DNA from: Podarcis vaucheri
Lineage: Eukaryota
Length of the DNA stretch: 64,000 nucleotides
Strand: one strand, 5' to 3'
Assembly: GCA_965113315.1 (NCBI GenBank)
Contig: OZ220364.1
Part shown: one piece after another, positions 35,049 to 49,414 of the stretch
Layout of the letters: every line of letters begins with the position of its first letter
Position numbering within the stretch: the stretch's first letter is position 1
Notes under the pieces: model-generated
What the model saw: the letters and a program-made list of their open reading frames with translations, nothing else
Told to the model about the DNA's origin: nothing
Databases searched by the model: none
Made by a program: the position numbers and the translations under genes

Positions 35049-35834
35049 GTAAGAGTGGTTTTTTTTCCCCATTTTTCTAATGCTGTTGACACTTGGTTGT
35101 TTTGCTTATTTGCTGCTTTTTATTTGGTCCTAAATGATTCCAAGCATTTGTCCTTACATAAACAGACTCACACACTGCAGCCGACACACTAACATGTCAC
35201 AATGTATAGTTTGGAAAGCTCTGGCCTACAGTGACCAAGAAACAGGCCCCAACTTTGGCAGATAGGAGCAGACTTGATTCTTAATGGCTGAGGTTTAAAA
35301 AGTTGGTTTCGTGTGCACACACCCACACACCATTACGTTCCTGCGTGCACCCTTTTGCATCCTCCAATGTCAGTGCATGGCTGCCATTCACTCATATGGA
35401 GAAAGATACAGCACTGCACTTGGGGAGACTGTTGCTGTGAAGGGAGGGCAAGAGCTACTCAATCTTCACCTCTAGGATCCTGGAAACTTACAAGCTCTCC
35501 CTTCATGCACACTGTGCCTGCTGCCATGACTGGCATTTTGTAAATTTGCAATTATTTTTCACCCATTCTTTAATTTTGGATGCATGTTTTTCTGATGCAT
35601 GTTCCAGAAAGAATTGGGTGTGAGTAATTAAAGTGCATGACTGGAGATGATAAAGCTCTCTACGATCTGAAGATGAAAGTAGGTTCCCTGTGTTTAGTGG
35701 AGGTAAGTTGAATTAAATTGCAATTTAGAAATGCCTGCCAGCTGCTTTATTACCTTATGATGGGATATTTCATGAGCAGCTAACCGTAGCTCTTCTGTTT
35801 CACATGATCACATGCTATTTTCTCCTCTCCCAAG

Positions 35835-36145
35835 ATTTATGTGGCTCAAATGAGGAAAGGACGAGATGCAGCGCTCAGAGTGATTCAGCATGTTGCAGTG
35901 TTCCAACAGATGCTCTAGAAGCAAAGCCCCATTCATATTTGGAAGCTATCCGCAGTGGGCTTGAAGATGATGATGCTGAACCTGGAAGTTCATACGCAGA
36001 TGGTGAACAGTTATGTCCCTATGCAGCTGCTGGCATGTGCCAGTTTGGTGACAGATGTCTCTACCTCCATGGGCAAGTGTGTGAAATCTGTGGCTTGCAA
36101 GTACTTCATCCCTTTGACCCAGAACAGAGAAAGATGCATGAAAAG
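35835..36145 (+). CDS. MKRN2: MKRN2 exon 4 (C3H finger 3 and makorin Cys-His motif)
   Basis: KPHSYLEAIRSGL...QLCPYAAAGMCQFGDRCLYLHGQVCEICGLQVLHPFDPEQRKMHEK; 311 nt. Confidence 0.96.
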
Positions 36146-38838
36146 GTAAACATGACTAAAAAACTAATTTCAACCTGAAACTATATTTCTTGAAACGTCT
36201 TGTAGATCTATGTTATTTTTGGTTTTTAGTGTCCTCCTACAGATGTAGCTAGAATCTATGGTTTCCTGCCATGAGAGTGAGCTGTAGTGAGCCTAGGTCT
36301 CAAGTTCCCTCTTCTGCTCTTTCGTGCCTTCATCAAGTAGACTGGAATCTTTGGCTTCTGGCTTTAAACTAACCACCGCTCCCTATGTCATCTGAACTTG
36401 GTGGAGTGTGGTTTTGTTTATGCTGCAGCTGACTTTTTTCCCCAGATCCTGGCTTGGTCTCACTAGGCATAGTTTGAACAAGCCACAGATCCCCAAGTTC
36501 AGACATTGTGGGGGACTGTGGTTAGTTGGAAAGCTTCCTTTTTAAATTTACTCCATGTAGATTAATAATGTGATTCACTATTGTAGTAGGAAACCATGAT
36601 AATGCTATTGTGTCAGTGTAGTCTTACATTTTTGCTAGCATATTTTCCTCTAGTTTATTGGTAAGCTTCATTTTAAGGTATCTACAAGTATGTTTTTGTC
36701 ACCTTCCATGAGTAATCAAGTGGCTTAAAAATACTAATAACTTGAGTCAATTACTGGAGAAAGTAGTATGTAAAATTGCATTGGAAAATAATACTTAAAA
36801 TACAGTATAATCAGTGTGTGAAGCCATGAAATATAATTTTCACAGCTATATTAAAATATGTCTATTGTAGCATTATCAGAATCTAAAACCAAAGTAGGTG
36901 TTGAATGCACCAGTCTCATGAAACTAGCCTTAGAATTCAACCTACTGCTAAATTCTTAAGTGTAACTGATTAGAAGTAATGAAATTCCATTGAGCTTCTA
37001 ATGTTGTACTGTTATTTTTAGATTTGATTGATGCTTTTAAATGGATTGTCTTGTATTTCGTTTGAATAATATAGTTGGTTTCAGTAACTCAAATATTTAA
37101 CGCAGAATGTATCTATAAATGTTCTTGCATACTGTATTCTATACATTGCATTTCTGGGAATGTTTCCTATACTGCTTCCATTCTTCTTAAAAATGATTGA
37201 TAGTACAAAACCATAGCCTTCACACTCTGCCCTTACTTACCAGGTTGTATCAAACATAATGCTAAGTGGATATTCCATCAGCCCAATAATTTCTGCTTTT
37301 TCAGTGGAATGTTCTTTTCTCTCTCCCTCCCCACATTCCCTTAAACATTTCTAGGAGTTCCCCCAACCCTGTGGAACAGATTTGGGGAGAATGTGGTGCA
37401 TGCATGGAGGGAGGAAATGCCCTGTAGCACAAGCACGAATTCTTGCACTGATGGGATGCAGTAGTTGAATACTACGGTAGTTCCATTCTTCTTTTCCTGA
37501 CCCTGCCTGCCTGATGGCTCTCCTGCAATATGCTGTGCTAAGGCAACGGACAATCTTTATGTTAGCCCAGTGCTCAAATGGGGCGGAATCCTATGTCACT
37601 TCTTTCCAGGCAGAGATCATTGGGCCTGGCCCAACATACACTTCCTCTTTTGTCCCATCTTAAAACCAAAGCTACTTCCTCTCCCACCCCTCACCCTCTT
37701 CAGACAGATTACTCATCAGTATTAAATTAAATGCTGTTAACTTCTCATATATCAGGACTGTTCAACTTGTGACCCATCATGCCAAATTCAGCTCACCAGC
37801 TGTACACTGTGATGTGATCACCAGGTGCTTGACAGTTCCCCCCCCCCCACCTCCTGCTCTGTGAAAATAGGGCATTTACATAGTTGCTGGTAGGCTTCAT
37901 TAAGCTTAATGGGTCTGAAATTGTGTGGGCCTCATCTGTAAAATTCTACTGTCACATAATTGTATCCAGTTGCCATTTTAAATCCAAGGTCAGCTGCATG
38001 CTTAATTATAGCTTAATGTCAGTCCCTTGGCTGTCCAAGGTCTTTACGCTGGTGGGTTTGGTTTGGTTTAGTATTTATATTCTTATTTTTAAAACAACAG
38101 CAACAAAGCAGCTACTGTGTTTTTGGTGAGGGGGTTCTTAATTAATGTTTGTTTTATTGCCAAGGAAAACTTGTATCAATCTAGCAAGGGAACATTTGTT
38201 CCTCTACTCTCCCTCCACAAATCTGCTTTGGATGGTTAGTGGAACCCCTAGAAAAAGCTTGATTTTATGGCACTTAGGCTGCAATCCTATGTTCCTGGTA
38301 GGTGGCAGTGGGACTTGATGGAGCAGCAATGCCAGCACTGCACGTACAGACTGGTGCTTGAGGCAAGAGGGGGAAGCAGAGAAAATGTCCCTCTGCTGTG
38401 CCAGCTCCCAGGCTGCTGTGAACAGGCCCAGATCTGACTCATTTGCCATCACAATGACAACAGCAAGGTCTGCACAGAATCTAGTAGATCCAGGGCCAGC
38501 CCAGTCCTGCTCCCTCCCACTGGCTGTCGCCATCTGGGATGCTGTTGGCAGTAACTTGCACCTGCTCTATAAGTGGGCATATTCAAGTGCTTCTCATTGG
38601 TGGAGCTCCTCCACCATCTGAGGCTGACAGAGCCAGCCAGGACTGGATGGAGGGAACCTCTACTCCCAGCAAGGCATATGAGGGGTTTGAATTACTCTGC
38701 CAGTTCTAAATCGACAGGTTTAGGACTGTACTGTCAGAACATTGTAGTGGCTCCATGACAGAAACCTATAGTAGCAGTCCTTCCCTCTGCTTCCTTTAAA
38801 AATGTCTAATATCTTTTGGGCTTTTCTTACATATATAG

Positions 38839-39053
38839 ATGTGCATGGCTACGTTTGAACACGAGATGGAGAAGGCCTTTGCCTTTCAGGCAAGTCAGGA
38901 CAAGGTGTGCAGTATCTGCATGGAAGTGGTATATGACAAACCATCAGCATCCGAAAGAAGATTTGGAATCCTTTCCAACTGCAATCACACATACTGCTTG
39001 TCCTGTATCCGGCAGTGGAGGGGTGTCAAGCAGTTTGAGAATCCAATCATAAA
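38839..39053 (+). CDS. MKRN2: MKRN2 exon 5 (C3HC4 RING)
   Basis: [31 protein letters not shown]...[22 protein letters not shown]...NPII(K); 215 nt. Confidence 0.97.
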
Positions 39054-40023
39054 GTAAGTTCCTAACAACCTTCATTTTCAGAATACAGTGCGGGATACTT
39101 TTCTTATTTCTTTCCTTTGTATCTTCAAACGAGATGTAGTGTAGCTGAGGATTGACTAAGGAAAGTTTTGCTTACGGTTTTTTGTTATTGCATTGTTACA
39201 GGAATTTTTTCGATTGATGGGGAAACCCCCATTTGTAACAACAACCAAAAGATATTATGGAATATGTAAGTGGGGTTATTGATGAGAACAGACTCTTTTG
39301 TTTGTTGGCTTCAGTGTGAGCCTCAGAAAATGAAGGTGGGTGTGTGGGTGTCTTTGTACAGAAAATGCTGAAACCTAGCATTTTTAAAATTTGGTTCCTT
39401 GGATAAGACTGAATTTTTTCATTATTGCCATCCCAACATTCAGCATACTGTAGCCACTGAGCATGTCATTGAATGCAGATAAAAATTAAATGGTGGGAAA
39501 GAATCATGCCTGGATCAGCTCTGGAAGTGGGGATGAAGGCAAAAGAGTAGGGAGTATGAGGCCATCTCTTTTTAATACTGTGCTTTGAATTGCTGTGACC
39601 TGCATCAGCTTTGAGAAACAGAAATTTGCATCCCAGTTACCACACTGATCTGAACAGAGGAGCTGAAATCTCTGCTCATATCCGCTCTTATGATGGAGCC
39701 CATCATCACACTGATAAGGGGTGAGGTTGAAACCTCTTTTCACCCCAGTGTGAGATTGGAGCTCAACACTGCCCCCTCCTGCCCTGCTCGCTTTTCTTTT
39801 TTTAAGCTCCCCCATCCTCAGAAAAAACTTTTTTTTAAAAGATAGGGTTTTTTTAGGGTGGGGGAGCTTTCGGAGCTGCCAGAAATCACATTGGGCCCCA
39901 GATATTGCTTCCAGGCCACAGGCTACCGATTTGTACTTCAGAAATGCTTGGTATTGCTCTTGAATTGGATGAAACTGCTGCTTCTCAGCAAACTACACAT
40001 ATACTTTTTAAATTTCATCCAAG

Positions 40024-40134
40024 GTCCTGTCCAGAATGTCGTGTGATATCAGAGTTTGTAATTCCCAGTGTGTATTGGGTGGAAGATCAGACTAAAAAGA
40101 ACGAGCTGATTGAAGCATTTAAACAGGGAGTGGG
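40024..40134 (+). CDS. MKRN2: MKRN2 exon 6
   Basis: [36 protein letters not shown](G); 111 nt. Confidence 0.97.
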
Positions 40135-43078
40135 GTAAGTATTATGATTATTATAATGTGAGTCCAGAGTTGTTTGATGAGGAGTTCAATTACATAATAA
40201 TAATAATAACAATAATAATAATAACAATAATAATAATAATAAATTAATATATTGTGTTATTGTCTCAGTCTAGAGCAGTATGCAGTATACAGAATACTTC
40301 TGTAGTTAAAAAGTTTTTTGTGAATATGTCTATCAGACTATTAAACATAAAAGTGGCAATCAGTGGGATGAAATACCTCCCCCCCCCCCATTAAAATAAC
40401 TCCAGGATGTGTTGGTTAAGAGTTTGGTAACATGTTTATACTGATCCAAATAGTGATTTTTTTTTCACCCTTTAGCACACTAGTAGTTTCATTCAGATGA
40501 AAGGCCAAGTCCTGCTTTGCATGAAGACGACCCAGGCTAATACACTCCATCCTCCCATTTTGGCCTTCTGTTCTTCATCTGTCCTTCAGTTCTGGATGTA
40601 GGCAAAACTGGTTTCTGCAAACCATAATTTGCAATTCTGTCTTCTAGGCAAAGTTGATTTGCCAACAGAACAGATGTAGATGGGGGTATGGAAATAGAGG
40701 CCATGTGAGCCCACTACGTTCCCAATCCTTTTGGTTTGGGGTTATCAAGCAACATTTATGCCCAAATTGACCCATGGCCTTTGCACAAGAATTTTATTTA
40801 TTTATTTAGTTCTGTTTATATATCATCCTTCACCAAAAGATCTTGGCGCAGTTCACAAGATAAAAATGCAAGAAGCTGTGTGTCCCATAATGCAAGTTTT
40901 GCGAGTTACAAGTGATCACTGGTGATCCACCTACCCCTGTTTAGTTTTTTGTTTTTCTAGCATTCTTCCATTTGGCTAGGCTCACACTTTTTTATCCCTT
41001 GAAATGAAAGTGAGTATTGGCATCTGGAAAAGGCCGTCTTTTCTCTTTTTTTAAATGTGTGTCATATTGAATTCAAGTGGGGACTCTTGATTATTAGTTC
41101 CATCGAGCCACACTTCAGGCCTCAGATGATTTTTTTACCCATGGTGGGGTGGGGAATACATCAGGAAATTTAAGAAGTCTTTTTCTAATCATTACTTTGC
41201 CAGGACAACATTTTTAAGTGCAGTGCTTAACTGAAACAGCAAATCTAGAATGAAAGTATGTTTTCAACCTTCTCACACTATTTTGATCAAACTGTCCCCA
41301 TAAAATTTGTCAAAACAAAACAAAAACCCACATGTGGTGAATAGTTCATTTTATGTGAGCCAACAGTGAATTGTGTACATATCTTACTAATCTATCTAGC
41401 ATTTGGTTAAATGCTTGTTGTAATTAACCAAATGCCAGCTGTGTCATTCTGTGACCTTCACTGTTGGTCTCTGAGATGTGTGTGCCTCAAAAGGCAAAGC
41501 TTTTGTTGTTTACATTGTGTTACTCTTTATTTATGCAGTGTTTATGCTTATCAGTCACATCAGGGGCTGTGCTATTAATACATCTAGAGCTGAAATCTGC
41601 AGCTGCTGATCAGAACAAGCAGCTTGAGCCTATGATTCGGTGTTTTGTGTCTGAAGGCTATAAATTATATACTTCTGTGGAAAATCTAAGCGTGACAGCT
41701 CCAAAAATGGACCTGTATGCAGGAAGGGAAAGACCTGGCAGTAAACCTCCTGACTTTGCAGCTCTTTTATGGAACAAATCCACCCCAAAAAATCATTTTG
41801 GATTTGTCTTGATAGAGGAATTGAGAGGAATGGTAAAAATACATAATAGCAAAGTTACTAGCATTTTTGACATGGTCTCAGGCTGAAATCTTTTCTGCCT
41901 TTGACCATCTTTTATAGAATCAGAATCATGGAATTGTAGAGTTGGAAGGGAACCCAAGGGTCATCTAGTCCAGCTCCCTGGATTGCACAAATCTCAACTT
42001 AAGCACCCAAATAGAACTTTCAAATTGCAGTAAGATCTGCCCTATTAAATATAATTTGAAGCAAGTTGCAAGCTGCCTTTCTCAGTTAGGACAATGTGCT
42101 TCCTTAATGCAGATTAATGGGAAGTACAGTTAATATGCTTCTGTGGTATCACAGGCTTGGATGGTTGACCCATCTAAGTGACTCAGAATGTAAAATGATG
42201 TCTGAACAGAATTTTTTGTCCTAAATAAAACCGATTCTGTGAGTGGATTTTTCTCTCAGAAAGAATCTATCCCCTTCTTGCTTCAGATTTTAACAGTTGA
42301 ACTTAATAGCTGGTTAAAGTTACTGTGTTACGCTCAAATTTTACTTACAATTTTTAATTAAAGATTTTATAATAAAACAAGTATCCTATAATATAATAAG
42401 TTATGGCTGAAGCCACATGTCTTACATTCTTGCCTGCTTCCGTTTTGTTCTAGTAAGAAACTAAAGTGTGCCATTGGGTCAAAAGAGATCACAGTTCCTT
42501 AACATTGTCCTAAGCCTCTTTTACCACAACACTCTGTACACTTCCCAGTGAAGTCTCACATTGGTATACTACAGTCAGAACAGGACCAGAAATAAATGCA
42601 CACATCCACTGCCATATCATACCCAGCTTCCTTTCTCTGAAGATACATGGGAGAAAGAGTGGCTGCAAAGGGTTGGCGATCTGATCTGCACAGGGACTGT
42701 CATAGCCAGGGACTGTACATCACTGCTCTGCTCCAGTAGAGATTGATGGAGAAGCATTCTATTCACCTAAAGCTTTGTTGAGCAGAGTCACCAATGCCAA
42801 TCTAATCGGCGTGAGAGTTAGTGATGGGTGCTGGAGGAAATTCGTCAAGCTCTTTGTGTTTAATTGCTTTCCTCTTACCTTACAGTAAAGCAAGCAATAA
42901 ATGCCTACAATAATGCCACTGACAATCTCCCCTTGCATTGAAGTGCCTTAGGTGCCTTTACTTTGGGTTTTCACTCCTGTATTTACTTTTCCCCCCTTGT
43001 TTTTAGCAACATTAGCCACCTTGAGATTTAGGGTATAAATGAATGCCCTTGTGTTTTCTCTCTCTCTCCTATGTTCAG

Positions 43079-43223
43079 GAGGAAGGCCTGCAAGTATTTT
43101 GACCAGGGTAAAGGGACCTGCCCATTTGGGGGGAAGTGTCTGTACCTGCATGCCTATCCAGATGGGAGACGGGCTGAACCAGAGAAACCACGAAAGCAGC
43201 TTAGCTCTGAGGGGACTGTCCGG
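43079..43223 (+). CDS. MKRN2: MKRN2 exon 7 (C3H finger 4)
   Basis: [48 protein letters not shown]; 145 nt. Confidence 0.97.
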
Positions 43224-44270
43224 GTAAGATTTCCAGCCATGTGTCTTCTCGCAACTAAACAGCAGCGCTGGGCTTCAGTGATCCGACACATTCTTCCACT
43301 GAAGGCTTTGACACTTTTATACATTCATAAAAGGCTTCAGTGTATCAGCTGTAGCATAGCTGGCCCCTTTGGGGAACAGAGTGCTCTTTTCCTAAGATCC
43401 CGAGTGATGAATCTCATTTTGACAATGGAGTTTTTTCAATTTCAGAATCTAGTTTATTTCGCATTTAAAACACAAATGCTTGAGTGTACTTGTTCATTTT
43501 TGCCTAGCTAGCAAGTGTGGTTTTAAATAGCCCTGAAAATTGCACATTTATATGTTTGGATCATCCAAGTAGGCTTCTTTTCAGTAGAGACTATTGTATT
43601 TCTAATAATAGTGCACTTGTTGCTTATAACCTTTACTTTAAGCGTAATGCTGTTTTGTCAGATCAGTACAGATACCTACACAGCTAGTGCTGTAGCCCTT
43701 GCTGGCAGTGCAGGCACAGCGGCATGCTTTGAAGTCCTGGACTTCAGAGCTCATTCAGAGGCCTTAGGGTCCAATGGGAATTTAGAGTAGTAGTAGCTAC
43801 AACACACACTCCCATCAGCTGGACCCAAGAGCTGTTAAGGTCTTGGAAATACAAAGGCCAGGATCACAAGCTTGCATTTACAGAAAGGCCCTTCCTAGGG
43901 CAAGGACTGATAGCTCACTGGTCAAGCACATGCTTGCAGAGAGAAAGGTGCCAGTTTCAAGTGCTGTGAAAAATCTTTGCCTGGGACTAGTGAGTTAGAT
44001 GGGCAAAAGGGGACTGTAGCCTCCAAGAAAAGCTAACTCTTCACACACATCAATGAAATTCTGGCAGTGACCCATGTGCCTCTCTGCAGCTGGCATCCTT
44101 TTGGTACCAAGGGAAGCAGGCCTTGTCATACTTGTACTGCACTGTGGAGGATGCTGTTTTAGCTGTAGCAGTACCCTGCTTTTCAGTTCAGGTGTATGCA
44201 GTATTTAAGCAGATATCTTCTTAGGTGTGTGTCATTAGTGAGCACTCTATTTTGTTGTTTTTTATTCCAG

Positions 44271-44414
44271 TTCCTTAATTCTGTTCGCCTCTGGGATTTT
44301 ATTGAAGACCGAGAAAACAGAGCACTGCCAGCTGCTGACAATGATGTAACAGAGATGGGAGAGCTTTTTATGCATCTTTCCGGAGCAGATGCTGAACCTG
44401 CTGCCCCTCCCTAA
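44271..44414 (+). CDS. MKRN2: MKRN2 exon 8 (last)
   Basis: [15 protein letters not shown]...[17 protein letters not shown]; total CDS 1263 nt = 420 aa. Confidence 0.95.
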   Translation, partial: FLNSVRLWDFIEDRENRALPAADNDVTEMGELFMHLSGADAEPAAPP

Positions 44415-47400
44415 ACCACCACAAGATCTCTACCATGTACTCTTCTGTATCAGTCTTTCTGTTCCTTAAATAACTTTGTACTGTTTACCACTTTAGAATT
44501 ACTGTGCCATGGAGACTGAAGTCCTGGTGAAATTCTAGTATGAGCCTGACACTGTAGAGCAGAACAATTGAAGCTTAATAAAGTGATTGCTTTAAATAAA
44601 AATGTCAGTGTATAGTCATCAGTAGAACAACTTCTGTTTTTCTGAAATCAGAACACCAGTGTGTTCCCCCCAAAACTTCCAGATTTTGAGAGATGATTTG
44701 TTTCCTGAAAAATCACAAGTAAAGCTAGGGGCAGGCAGTAGTGAACATCAAGCATCATCATGTAACATTCTGCCTGACTCAAACCAGCATTCCCCAGTAT
44801 AGCTTAATGTTGTTAAAGGTTGTTGGGTTTTTTATAAGAAAAAAGTTGGGAAAATTATATAGGACTAGTCAAGTGTTAAAGCAGTACAGTTGATCAAATG
44901 TTAAACGCTAAATAGATCATGTTTTTGAATGCCTTATTTAATGTTCTTTAAAATTTGGTTATGAACAATAGTACAAGGCTCCATTTCATAAGTAACAGAT
45001 ATTTTAACAAAGTAATGCATCAATCTGTGCTACCATTGATTTGACTGTACTCCTAATGGAAGTCCAGTCAGAATAAGCCAGCAGTTGCATGCAGATGAAG
45101 CAGGCAACATCTCTTTGGTACAGAAATATCACTTATGGGATTTCTATACTACTCAAGCCACTGTACATCTCTTAGACTATATTCTATTAAAATCTATACC
45201 CAGTCTCTGCTGGAAAACTCAGTAATGTAGCCCACCTTTTTCCATATAAAGGTGATCCCTTTAGGTGCCCAATGCATCCACCAGGACTGTGGAAGATGAG
45301 CACTAATACTTTGAATAGTGCCTGGAAATAAACCAATGCACCTGCAAGATATGTTTCTATTACCAAAACAGTCGGAACCCACATTTTTAACTATCTGCCA
45401 TTTCCAAGTGATCTTCGAAAGGGTATAACTAGGTCAATACTGTGCAGAAGAGTTCACAGCTCACTTAAGAGGCATCATGAAGATACTGAAAGGATACAGG
45501 GGACCCCTGCAGAAGCACATAGGATAAATGGCATGATGGGCCAAGCAGTAAAAGCCCTTGCCCTGTCTTCTGGGAGCAGCTGTCCAAGACAAGCACAACT
45601 ACTGAAACACCGCCTTCAAGTTACAGAGCTTGTCTTGAAGGATATCAGGGTTGATTTTTATTTTTATTATTTATTAAATCTGTATACTGCTCTATACCCA
45701 TAGATCTCGGGGTGGTTTATTACATGCCATCAGAGGCCACTGCAAGGTCCAGAATGAGCAGGGGCACCCCCTCCTTGCACAGATCATCCATCAAGGTAAT
45801 ACGATAAAACCAGGTCTGCAATCGGACTGAAATTGGCAACCACATAATTGACCACCTTTCCAGGAAGGGACTATTAAGCACTGCTTGGTCAGCATCTACA
45901 GAAGTGACATTTTTGGAGGAAGGAGAGAAAAATGTTAACAGCAGCTTACCTCTTGGAGAGTGGCAAGAACTGCAGCAATTTCTGTTTCTGTGGTTGTGTG
46001 GTTTCCTCCCCCCCCCAAAAAAAAAAATGCTTCTTGGGAGGCCAGATCCATCTACTCTAGCTATAATTTATTACACAGCTAATTGTTAAGTGCCACTATA
46101 TTAAAACTGAATAAATGCATGGATTTAATGTTACTAAATGTCAGCTGCACCTAGACTATCCTTATTTTATTGGACAAGGAGTAGGAGATAACGGCCACCC
46201 AGAGCTACACCAGGACTCCCACCATCCATATACAGCAGTGGGTCAACAAGACTAATCTGGCTTGTTACTATGGAAAATGTTATTCCTACAGTGTAAAATG
46301 TACTGGCATTGCTCCCTAACAAGGTTGGGAATGGCTTTAAAGAAAGTTACTTTACCAGCAAATGAGGCAAAATGAATCCCATAATTGCTATAAAAATAGC
46401 ATTCATTTCTAGCTAAGCCAGACCACGCTGCAGTGTTTTAAGGTGCAGTGCATTTGCAGAATGAATTACGCTTCCACTTACATTTATGTAGAACATGGGT
46501 GGGTTTAAATTTCAGATTGCATTTCTAAAACTGGAAAGATGCCAGACTGTTGCTTTAAGTATCTTTTTTGAGTGGCATGCCTATGACTTGCACTGGAGAG
46601 GAGAAACTAAAAGCTTAAAGCAGGCAGTAATTTTAGCTTGGACAGGAGCCAGTAGGGTTTCAAGAAGATGAAGCAGGCTTTGCCCAGTCTGCTTCTGCTA
46701 ACTCTTCAAATTCTCACATTACACCTCCAACTTCCAAAACCTGAAGGAACTGCATTTTCAGTTTTTGCTTCTACATTATATATTTAAATGAAGATAAATC
46801 AGTATTTGCTAAGGGGCACAAACCAATGCTTTCCTTATCTCCCCATCCTTAGAGAAAGTATCTAAATCCAACACACCATCTTATGGGTAGAGAACGTGTT
46901 TCCTCCTTAAAGGATGCCGAAGTTAAGGCACTTGCGTAGTCATGTGGAAGCACACTAACTCTTTGCTTAAACTCTGTACTTTTATACTAGTGTTGAAAGC
47001 AGTTTTACACAGTATCTCAGTACTCTTTACATCAAATATGTAATGGAAGTTTCATGGGTCAACTATTGCACCTGGCATACCATGCTGTGCTCACATTGCA
47101 TGCTAACTGCACTTCAGCTTTAGCCCATTATTGTTTAGCCACTAAATAATGGGGCTAAAGTTAAAGCAGTTGTGCTCAGAATGTAGTCTAGACTGTAAAG
47201 CAAATGAATCCACGTGGAGATCTCCAAAGAAACCCAGAAGAATTCATTCCAGAATGCCACAACTCAACCCACAATATGGACTGTACAGTTCAAAAGCTGG
47301 GCTGGATCCAGACAGTCATGACGCATCTACTCTAAGAATGACTAAGGCTGCAACTCTAAACCCACTTACCTGGGAGTAAGTTCCAATGAGGTCAACAGGA

Positions 47401-49403
47401 TATACTAATGAGTAGACATGGTTATGATTGCCCCATAAATAAGGATCGAGCCCAAGGTATGAGAAGGCAGAAAATACATACTGAAAAAAGCTTGTTTTTC
47501 ATGCACTATACTTCAGTCATTGTTCACTTAACGTATGAAGTTTGATCAGAAAATGCACTTTACCAGGTACACTTTTCTGATGCTGTAATGGTAATGTAAA
47601 ACACCAACAAATCCAGACTTCAAACTGTATAAGTCTTATAAGTGTATAATGCATGTTCATTACAATACTGGGCAAAAACAAGTGCCGGCAGCGAGGAATA
47701 ACAGAATTTGAAAATCAACAGACTTAAGTACACCTAACCCTGTTTAGGATTTGGATGCTGTGCACACGCTTATCCTCTCCATTGTTTACTCCTGAAACCC
47801 TAAAAGCACACAAAATGCATTAGCTTAACTCCAGAAATAAATGTAACTCACCCAATATTTGCATTATGATAGTGAATACAAAAGTGCCAAGCATTCAAGG
47901 CCACTGCAGTACAGCTATTGTGGCACCTGAATACATTCATTGTAGGGGACATTTTTGAATATGCAGCAGAAAATATGAATTACAGAAAGGGTGGGAGTTC
48001 CTTGGAAAGCAGGGGTGCTTTTCAGTTCCTGGGTGTCATTTCAGCTGCAGCTGATCAGAAGAACTGAACAGCTCAGCAGGCACTACAAATGGCAGAGGCT
48101 TGTAAGCAGCACATGGAAAGTGACAGCAAGTGTTTATGAACAGCAAAGGAACATTGGAACAAGGACAGCTATAAAATGGAAGCCAGTCTTTGCATACCGA
48201 ACTTAATACTATTAAGGAGAGTGCAAGCTGAAAGGCACAACTGAAATTACGTTAGCAGTGATGCAACGCAACCCCGGGAAATGACGTTCCTTACCTATGC
48301 ATGGATTATCAATCAGAAAGTTACCTCTCACTCTTAATCCCTGAGCAGTTTTCATTCATCACTACTTCCTGAGTAACTGACCTCCTTTATGCCTTAAAAA
48401 GAAATAAAGCCTACTGCATACAACTTGTATACAACTTCCTACTGAGTTGCCTAACATGATACTGTGTAAGATCAGGCAACCAGCGATCTAACACCCTCAT
48501 TTATTACACACGGGATTGTCAATTCGCCTTTAAAAAATCTTAATCCTGTTCCAAAGAATCTGCAGATTTGACTATGTCACCTCTACGAACCACCTCTAGG
48601 AGTCACCTGAGGGCCAAACTACATGGCTATAGATTTTATAGTACAGTAACACAGCCAGTATAGATTCCGCCCCCCGGGAAATGCTAGCTTCAGGGGAAGG
48701 GTCAAATTCCCCTTCACAATCCTAATAATTATCAAGTGTTCACCCAGCTGATGCTACAAGCATTTAATATCATATCTAGCCTGGCTCTTTAGTGAACTCG
48801 GTAACTTCAATTCCAGGCCTGTGGACAAGAGGCAGAGGATGAATTTGCATGATTTCTTCTTTCTCTGTAAAGTGAGTCTTTCCATCACTATGTAGCAAAA
48901 TCCATGTGGAACTAGATAGTAAGGATTTGCTGGATGTGTGGTGAACTAAATGTATTTATCTGAGAGCAACCCACAACTGAAGATGCACACCTACACTTAC
49001 AGTGATGATGGTTCAATATGGGAAATATGGGTCTGTGGGTCAAAAAACAGCTTACCTACATCTCCAAGGGACACTTTGCTGTGCCTGAAAGTGATAAACA
49101 TGTTCTTGAAAACTGCATCACATCTAAAGATCCCTCAAAAGGCTGCTGGAGCTACAAAGCACATTCTTCAGAGAATATAACGGTGCGAGGAAATACACAG
49201 TTAATAGCTCTACAGTTCTTTCCAAAATGGTATTTTAGAGGGGAATCGCTCCAGTATTTTCTTTGCTTTCCTGCACACAGTGTACTAGATATTGCAGACA
49301 GGGCATCACGGCTACATAATACACACATTTAAGAAGATGGTGCACACACATCAAATGTGGAACATCGGTTAAAAAACCGACTGAATGACAAACTTAAATT
49401 TAA

Positions 49404-49414
49404 TTTATTTTATT
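49404..49414 (-). terminator. RAF1 polyadenylation signals (tandem AATAAAATAAA)
   Basis: Two overlapping AATAAA on the minus strand ~980 nt past the RAF1 stop, in a context resembling the mammalian RAF1 mRNA 3' end (from memory). Confidence 0.7.

Noticed and set aside
39019-39027. MKRN2 RING reads WRGVK where human is recalled as WRCAK, suggesting RING damage
   Set aside because: All C3HC4 zinc ligands (CSIC, CNH, CLSC, CPEC) are intact; that Cys is not a ligand
41464-41886. 140-aa intronic ORF in MKRN2
   Set aside because: No recognisable domain or exon-like boundaries; consistent with chance
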